From the NCBI GenBank assembly GCA_013204545.1, contig JABMNN010000046.1, positions 11,724-75,723 of the forward strand: a stretch of 64,000 nucleotides of DNA, in the 5' to 3' direction. Of this stretch, positions 58,404-64,000 are shown in pieces. Position 1 is the first letter of the stretch. Each line of letters opens with the position of its first letter. The notes under the pieces are model-generated. The model had not been told where the DNA came from. It saw nothing but the letters and a program-made list of their open reading frames with translations, and ran no database searches. A program made the position numbers and the translations under genes. The stretch comes from Chloroflexota bacterium. GTDB taxonomy: Bacteria; Chloroflexota; Dehalococcoidia; Lucifugimonadales; Lucifugimonadaceae.

Positions 58404-59309
58404 TTAGAGCGGGCGGTAGGCAATTAGAGTAGCGTTGACCAATACTCGTTGATCGTAAACTCGTGGAGGCCAGCAGGTTACGAGAGTTATTTGTGCGTCA
58501 CTCGAGTTACTCAGGAGGAGTTCGCTTTGGTGAATCTGGTTAGTACTAGTGACCCTGTAAATGTATTCAGCCAGAGGAGTTTCGAGATAAACATCGACAG
58601 GGTCCTGTTTTATTAACTCAGTAATTTCAGGAAGATGTCGGAAAATATTGCCTTCTCTCGCTGCGAAGCTTTCTAGATGGGCGAAGAACCACCCGCTGCC
58701 CTGTTGACCGGGAAGCGAAGTCTCTGGAATGTGTCCAACAGTATTGTCTGGAGTCTCGTACGACTTTTGATTCCCGAGATCGACTATTTCAAGGTCTGTA
58801 ACCGTTGAATCGACGTTGATTGCTGGGATCTTTATTCGAGTGGCACTCACCGTCGGGTCGAAATCTCGAAACAGATCAGTAGAAAGAACAGGTATAAACT
58901 CATCAGGTATTGATGGGCCGCCGAAGGGATCAGAGCCCGCCCATTCTGGCTCCGACCAGTATTTTGGATTGAGAAAATCGCCAGGGTAGAGACTGGCAAA
59001 CCGCGCCACATCAGGTGATTTCAGTTGAAGTGGAATTGGCTGCTCGCCACTCGAAGGTGCTTTCTGTGTAGGGGTGGTGGCACCTTTACCCAGATGGCTG
59101 CCCAATGTTTCATCGGATATTGAGTAGGCGTATTTGACAGCATCGGAGCCTGAGCGTGATCGGGAGTAAATGTACATGACCGAAACGGCAATAAGTACGA
59201 TACCGATAATAGCCGTCGAGTAAGCGACGAACGAGGATAACGTAAACCTTGTTTTGTCCGCCCCTACGGTTTGCCGTTTATCGGCAGAGGAGCGATGTGA
59301 ATCAGCCAT
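58404..59309 (-). CDS. Sortase-family transpeptidase (class E-like)
   Basis: 301-aa ORF with an N-terminal TM anchor, a His region (GWFFAHL) and the catalytic TLVTCWP (TLxTC). Confidence 0.8.
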   Translation of the reverse strand: MADSHRSSADKRQTVGADKTRFTLSSFVAYSTAIIGIVLIAVSVMYIYSRSRSGSDAVKYAYSISDETLGSHLGKGATTPTQKAPSSGEQPIPLQLKSPDVARFASLYPGDFLNPKYWSEPEWAGSDPFGGPSIPDEFIPVLSTDLFRDFDPTVSATRIKIPAINVDSTVTDLEIVDLGNQKSYETPDNTVGHIPETSLPGQQGSGWFFAHLESFAAREGNIFRHLPEITELIKQDPVDVYLETPLAEYIYRVTSTNQIHQSELLLSNSSDAQITLVTCWPPRVYDQRVLVNATLIAYRPL

Positions 59310-59357
59310 GTATATTCATGTACGACTTTATTGCCGGTACGGATTGAATGGCTAATG

Positions 59358-59726
59358 CTATCTTACTCGAGCACCTTGAATGATCGGCTCGTTGACGTGG
59401 ATTTCACCGTTTCGGATCTTCAAGTTGAATTCGCATTCAGGATTGGTGCATACCCATGCTTTGTAATGAACTGATGCACCCTGAGCACCGAAATCAGACA
59501 GAGGAACCAATCGACCTTCTTCGCAGTTCATACACTCAGGCCAACTACTAGTATCCGCCACGTTTACTCTCTCTGGTTGGACATTTATTAGGAACGCATC
59601 GTGCAGTTTTTCGGCTGAATGCAAAAAAAATAATTCAGATGAAGACGATATGTCTAGACTCGATGATGAAGGATAGTGCTGCCCGAACATAGGTAAATTC
59701 ACGGGCTTGGGCGTTACATTGAACAC
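59358..59726 (-). CDS. Small zinc-ribbon protein, unknown function (start uncertain)
   Basis: CMNC ... CTNPEC cysteine pairs. The N-terminal 55 codons are low-complexity. GTG at 59559..59561, preceded by GAGAGAG, would give a 67-aa product. Confidence 0.45.
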   Translation of the reverse strand: MFNVTPKPVNLPMFGQHYPSSSSLDISSSSELFFLHSAEKLHDAFLINVQPERVNVADTSSWPECMNCEEGRLVPLSDFGAQGASVHYKAWVCTNPECEFNLKIRNGEIHVNEPIIQGARVR

Positions 59727-59732
59727 ATAAAC

Positions 59733-60791
59733 ATGAATATTTTAGGAATAGAAACTAGCTGTGACGAAACATCCGTAGGGATAGTCGATGGTGAAGGGCG
59801 TGTTCTCGCAAACGTTATTGCCACCCAAGTAGATATCCATGCTCGCTACGGTGGAATTGTTCCTGAGGTCGCGTCGCGTCAGCATGTACTCGACATTCGG
59901 CCTGTGTGCGAACAGGCGGTCGAAGAAGCTGGGATCGAGTGGGGTGATATTGATGCTGTGGCAGCAACACACGGTCCGGGTTTGGCTGGTTCTCTGATTG
60001 TTGGACTGAATTTTGCCAAGGGACTTTCAGCCGCACTAGGTGTCCCGTTGGTCGGCGTGAACCATATGGATGGCCACGTGTACGGAGCATGGGCCAGAAC
60101 GGAAGATCATGATATTGAGCCGTTTCAGGAACTTGTCGGCGAACAACCAATAATGTGTCTGGTAGTTTCAGGCGGGCACACCGAACTGGTTCTACTCGAA
60201 GCTCACGGTAAGTTTCGACTGTTGGGTGAGACCCGCGACGATGCGGCGGGAGAGGCCTTCGACAAGGTGGCACGAGTACTGGGTCTGCGTTATCCAGGAG
60301 GTCCAGAAATTCAACGTGTTGCTGAAGGTGCCCCTGAAACCGAGGCTTTACCACGTGCATGGATGAATGGAACAGATGAATTTTCATTTAGCGGACTGAA
60401 AACAGCAGTTTTGAATCGAGCAAGGGCTCTTGGTATCTATCCACCAAATGTAACCGAAGAACGCGCTGATTCTCAAATAATCGCCGGATTGGCAAAGGCA
60501 TTTCAGGATTCAGTTGTGGATGTATTGGTAACCAAGTCCATTGCTGCAGCAAAACGAGAAAATTGCGCAGGCATCGTACTTGTGGGCGGAGTTGCAGCAA
60601 ACCGAGCACTACGCGAATCACTGCTGAGTAAGTCGCCGCTTCCCGTGGCAATTCCGCCGTTGAAGCTCTGCACCGACAATGGGGCGATGATCGCTATGAG
60701 CGGACTTGTGAACTACCGGAATGGTCGACGGGACGATTGGGACCTCGACGTGATTCCAAGCTTGCGAATTGGAACCAGTTCACTGGTTTAA
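59733..60791 (+). CDS. tsaD: tRNA N6-adenosine threonylcarbamoyltransferase
   Basis: MNILGIETSCDETSVG, metal-binding HMDGH, and SGGHTEL. Confidence 0.95.
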   Translation: MNILGIETSCDETSVGIVDGEGRVLANVIATQVDIHARYGGIVPEVASRQHVLDIRPVCEQAVEEAGIEWGDIDAVAATHGPGLAGSLIVGLNFAKGLSAALGVPLVGVNHMDGHVYGAWARTEDHDIEPFQELVGEQPIMCLVVSGGHTELVLLEAHGKFRLLGETRDDAAGEAFDKVARVLGLRYPGGPEIQRVAEGAPETEALPRAWMNGTDEFSFSGLKTAVLNRARALGIYPPNVTEERADSQIIAGLAKAFQDSVVDVLVTKSIAAAKRENCAGIVLVGGVAANRALRESLLSKSPLPVAIPPLKLCTDNGAMIAMSGLVNYRNGRRDDWDLDVIPSLRIGTSSLV

Positions 60792-60873
60792 CGCAAATTT
60801 CTACCACGACGATTTGATCGACCGGCCTTTTATGTATGTGGAATCGGCAAGAGTGGGAACTCAGCCAGGTTAA

Positions 60874-61446
60874 TCACCCCGATGGGTAGTTGCGAAAAGG
60901 GGCGCTAAGTCGGTTTGGAACCAATCTACGTTTCGCGTCTTCCACATCGCGGGCGAACTCCATTGCGAGAGTAGTTTTTCCGCCTACTTCTCCGCCGATG
61001 GTACTGCCTCCTGAAATGTGGAACTCCAAATGAACTCCGGAAGGGCGAATCCAGTAGTCGCCCATTAGTACCAGCGATATCGCCGCCACGGCGACGGCGG
61101 CAATTATTCCGACATTAGAAGAGGGCGTCACTTGCCACACGCCAATCGCCGCGAATAAACCGACCATCCCCCAACCAGCACTTCGGCGCGCACGCGGTCG
61201 TCGTGAAATCTGAATCGAGCTAATGTCTTTCAGTTGCGCTGAAGCATGGACGGTACTAGATTCCGGACCACCCCGAAATATCACACGTGCGTGAGTGAGT
61301 TTAAAATTGTCGCCATCTCCAGGGGCAAGTTCGGAAACTACTCGCTCGCCCGGCAAAAGTCCGGTGTTGTTCCGAGAAATGCCGATGCTGCCAACGCTAG
61401 GAAGATCGACTGTACGAACGCGTTCTCTACTGGTTTCAACTGACAT
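60874..61446 (-). CDS. Hypothetical membrane protein
   Basis: 190-aa ORF with two central TM helices flanked by soluble segments. No recognised motif. Confidence 0.5.
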   Translation of the reverse strand: MSVETSRERVRTVDLPSVGSIGISRNNTGLLPGERVVSELAPGDGDNFKLTHARVIFRGGPESSTVHASAQLKDISSIQISRRPRARRSAGWGMVGLFAAIGVWQVTPSSNVGIIAAVAVAAISLVLMGDYWIRPSGVHLEFHISGGSTIGGEVGGKTTLAMEFARDVEDAKRRLVPNRLSAPFRNYPSG

Positions 61447-61504
61447 GTGTGTAATCGTAACGGGTTCCTGATGTGTTTGGATGTGTGTATCTCAACATTC
61501 CTCC

Positions 61505-62890
61505 TCACAGTCTTGTTTTGCACACCGTGCTTTGCACGCCAGGAAGCCTTGGCTGGCGAGCTTGGATTCCATGCCGATACATCTCTCGGTAAAGGGTGAT
61601 CAGCCCCTGTTGATCTCGAGCCGTGGTAATTTCTGGTATTTCATAGTCGATGCTGAGTGCTACTTTGGCCTCTTTTGTGATGGAATTTTCTACGAGTTTT
61701 GGGTGAGATGAATACAGTTCAAGTGCTCGATTTTTGATTCGTTTACTGCCCACTTGCCCAACATTTTGACGCGTTGATATCGCAAATGCAGCTGGCAGTA
61801 AGACGTTCACCACAATCTCAGATGCACGGGCCGCTCCGAGCACAGTTACATGATCGTTTTCGACAAAACCGCTTGGCCTCAACATGCTCGATAAATCAAC
61901 GGAGTTCTTACAGTCAAGCACTTTTTGTTCAACAGCCCTGGCAATTCCTCCAAGAGTGAACCACCAGGCCGCCAGTTCAGATATTGCCTTGATGCGAAGT
62001 TGCGGAGCGTTAGCAGGGCGCCCCCATGGTTGAACCCATCTGGGGATTGAACCTCGCAACGGCAATCGAAAGATAGGCCCCGAGGTGGTTTCGTCAGAAA
62101 ATCCCGATGCCTGAAGAAGGAGCTGCTCCAGTTCGGACGAGGTTTTACATATTAAAGCCGTTTGCCAATCGACGCGCCCACCGACAACTCGAAAAGCCCG
62201 TTTGTTTCGTGGATAGCCGAGCGCACCCAGGATGCCCAGCCAGAGTGCCTGATCCGCTCCAAACACCTCAACGTCTAAAGCTATTCCAGCAGCCTGAGAG
62301 TGAAATCGCTCTAGTCCTGCTGTATTAATATCCAACAACTGTTTTGGCACCGGCGGCACTATAAATTCTGTGCCAACTGCAGCGCAGGAATATGTCGGGC
62401 CTGCTTCCAATGATGAATTTGGCTCTGTGTTTTTCCAGTTCAGCGCCAAGAGCGGAATTGCAGCGCCAATCTTTGTGACCGCCAGTGTCGTACTGCCGTT
62501 TGATTCAGAGGCTATGACGTGGAGAACTACTCCGTTGTAACGAGGGTCGGTGTGATGACCGTGAGATCCCCAGTCCGATTCTCTGACGTGAATTTCAACG
62601 TCACCACGAAACACAACTCGATCATCGCGCTCAACCACGGCATCAGTGAAATCTGGTCCAAGTGACCCGCCGGGTTTGCCACCATAAACGATCTTGTATA
62701 AATGACCGTCTCGCCCTCGGACATGCGCCCTTTCTAGACCAGCTTGTCTCCACGCCATGTGAAGAATCGCTTCTGGTCCAAGCGGCTTTTTCGAGCTCCC
62801 GTATTTACGGGGAGATTCTCTAACGACAAATGCCGACGGACGTAATTTGTACGCCGTCGGCATTCGATAATCGAGAACCGTATTCATCAA
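61505..62890 (-). CDS. DUF2851-like protein
   Basis: 461-aa ORF. GPDFTDAVV...GDVEIHVRESDWGSHGHHTDPRYNGVVLHV matches my recollection of the DUF2851 signature. Confidence 0.65.
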   Translation of the reverse strand: MMNTVLDYRMPTAYKLRPSAFVVRESPRKYGSSKKPLGPEAILHMAWRQAGLERAHVRGRDGHLYKIVYGGKPGGSLGPDFTDAVVERDDRVVFRGDVEIHVRESDWGSHGHHTDPRYNGVVLHVIASESNGSTTLAVTKIGAAIPLLALNWKNTEPNSSLEAGPTYSCAAVGTEFIVPPVPKQLLDINTAGLERFHSQAAGIALDVEVFGADQALWLGILGALGYPRNKRAFRVVGGRVDWQTALICKTSSELEQLLLQASGFSDETTSGPIFRLPLRGSIPRWVQPWGRPANAPQLRIKAISELAAWWFTLGGIARAVEQKVLDCKNSVDLSSMLRPSGFVENDHVTVLGAARASEIVVNVLLPAAFAISTRQNVGQVGSKRIKNRALELYSSHPKLVENSITKEAKVALSIDYEIPEITTARDQQGLITLYREMYRHGIQARQPRLPGVQSTVCKTRL

Positions 62891-62970
62891 AACGCAACCT
62901 GTTCTTCAACGATAGAAGTGTGCCACCGGTACAGCCAATGGCAAGTAGGTTACGACATCGCTACTCCGAA

Positions 62971-63723
62971 CTACGAACCCAGTTTGTCATTCTTATGCGC
63001 AGCAACAAATGCTCGAGCTTCGCCAAGCATTAACTCAGCTATGCCAATGCCGGTCGTTAGATCACCACCGGCTGTCTTACCCGCAGCCCGCGCGCGAGCT
63101 TCCACATCTAAGGTCGCCGCAATTCGGTCAGGATGATTCGGCTCGCCTGGGTGCCCGAGCGACTGTGCGAAATCGTGAGGCCCGCCGGTTACGCCCGTGA
63201 GCCCTGGAACAGCTAGAATGGCGTCGAGGTCATCCCATGCTTTCTTATCTTCGATCTGCGCAACTACAAGCATGTTCGCGTTCGACCATTTTGCGAACCC
63301 GAGTTTGCCGCCGTACTTTTCGTCGAGAACCGTCTGGTCATTAAATTCGGTTCCGCGACCGCCACCCCAAGATCGTTTGCCCTCAACTGGGAATAGACAC
63401 GCGTCGGCGAGTGCCTGCGCTTCAGCGCCGGAGTTGATGTGCGGACCAGTAACGCCCTGAATCCCTCGATCCAGATAGAGATTAATCTGGTAAGCAGCAT
63501 TGTCTGGTACTCGGGCGATCACAGACATTCCAAAGCCGTTTGCGGTGCGGCAGATGTCGTCGATGGCTTCTTCTGGAAAGCCGCCATGCTCGCCATCAAT
63601 GGTTATGGCGTCAAATCCAACGTGTGCGGCCATTTCGATCATGTACAGCGCTGGATGTGCCAGAGCGAAAACAGTGGCCTTACGACCTGCCTTGTTTGCA
63701 ACAAGAATTGAATTTTCAATCAT
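62971..63723 (-). CDS. HpcH/HpaI-family aldolase
   Basis: 250-aa ORF with an AGGAG SD. FDAITIDGEHG, then VAQIED...PGLTGVTGGPHDF. Confidence 0.85.
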   Translation of the reverse strand: MIENSILVANKAGRKATVFALAHPALYMIEMAAHVGFDAITIDGEHGGFPEEAIDDICRTANGFGMSVIARVPDNAAYQINLYLDRGIQGVTGPHINSGAEAQALADACLFPVEGKRSWGGGRGTEFNDQTVLDEKYGGKLGFAKWSNANMLVVAQIEDKKAWDDLDAILAVPGLTGVTGGPHDFAQSLGHPGEPNHPDRIAATLDVEARARAAGKTAGGDLTTGIGIAELMLGEARAFVAAHKNDKLGS

Positions 63724-63882
63724 TCCTAAAATCTCCTAGTGCCCGGTTGAGCAATTATTTTGAAACCAGATGGGTTGTGTCGTTACTAATTAATATCGTT
63801 TGAGATCACATAGTTCTCGGTGCAGTTCTTCAACTTCCGCGGAGAATAACCTTGCTCTCTCAACAAAGCATGCCGGTAGTAC

Positions 63883-64000
63883 CTAAATTCCTCGGACTGT
63901 GCCTCCTGCAGAAGTGACCTTAGTCAGGGGCGGATGGGCCGCTATTTCGGCTTCGTTTAATTCGAGACCAAGACCGGGTGCATCAGAAAGCTCTACGTAG
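63883..64000 (-). CDS. C-terminal fragment of an enolase-superfamily (mandelate racemase/muconate lactonizing) enzyme, truncated by the window edge
   Basis: The minus-strand frame reads YVELSDAPGLGLELNEAEIAAHPPLTKVTSAGGTVRGI-stop. PGLG(L/V)EL(N/D)E is the typical C-terminal motif of this superfamily. Confidence 0.5.
   Translation of the reverse strand, partial: YVELSDAPGLGLELNEAEIAAHPPLTKVTSAGGTVRGI

Noticed and set aside
59815-60387. 190-aa minus-strand ORF.
   Set aside because: It is antisense to tsaD, whose identity is unambiguous.

Overview
This is a gene-dense chromosomal window of mostly housekeeping genes: about 60 CDS and one tRNA-Ser. I saw no rRNA, CRISPR array, transposase or integrase. 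The gene content (class E-like sortase, CtaA/CtaB, AroH-type chorismate mutase, PadR, DUF1015, many GTG/TTG starts) hints at a Chloroflexota- or Actinomycetota-like lineage, but that is inference only.

Recognisable blocks, in order:
- moeB-cysM
- amidase, SDR, two hydroxypyruvate-isomerase paralogs, ppc, pgpA
- two alpha/beta hydrolases and sucCD
- a hybrid sensor kinase with a CheX-like gene
- tRNA-Ser, mutM, polA
- PadR, two ArsM-like methyltransferases, an APH-fold kinase and a formaldehyde-dehydrogenase-like ADH
- rsmD-coaD, lysS, serS
- an aldo/keto reductase (AKR), an Old Yellow Enzyme (OYE), a lipoprotein metallopeptidase, pth, ligA
- DUF1015, two redoxin-like lipoproteins, a class V aminotransferase
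- a long co-directional run ftsH, MBL hydrolase, CPBP protease, trpA, aroH, aroG, ribF, tyrS
- infC-rpmI-rplT, ctaA/ctaB, sortase, tsaD, DUF2851, an HpcH aldolase

Main hunt results:
1. Two adjacent ORFs at 42027..42782 are one thioredoxin-fold lipoprotein. It is interrupted only by an in-frame TGA at the redox-active Cys position (U-T-F-C) and is followed by a SECIS-like hairpin, so it is a candidate selenoprotein. The next gene is a paralog with no redox Cys.
2. A 50-codon Phe/Tyr-rich ORF with overlapping RNA structure lies in the 296-nt gap upstream of DAHP synthase. I read it as a candidate aromatic-amino-acid leader peptide.
3. Two genes appear to use non-canonical start codons: infC (ATA) and the OYE flavoreductase (ATT).
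4. The tandem ArsM paralogs sit behind PadR, and the second has lost two of the four conserved cysteines.
5. A 775-bp stretch (43958..44732) has no credible gene.

All functional calls rest on motif and family recognition by eye. No database search was run.
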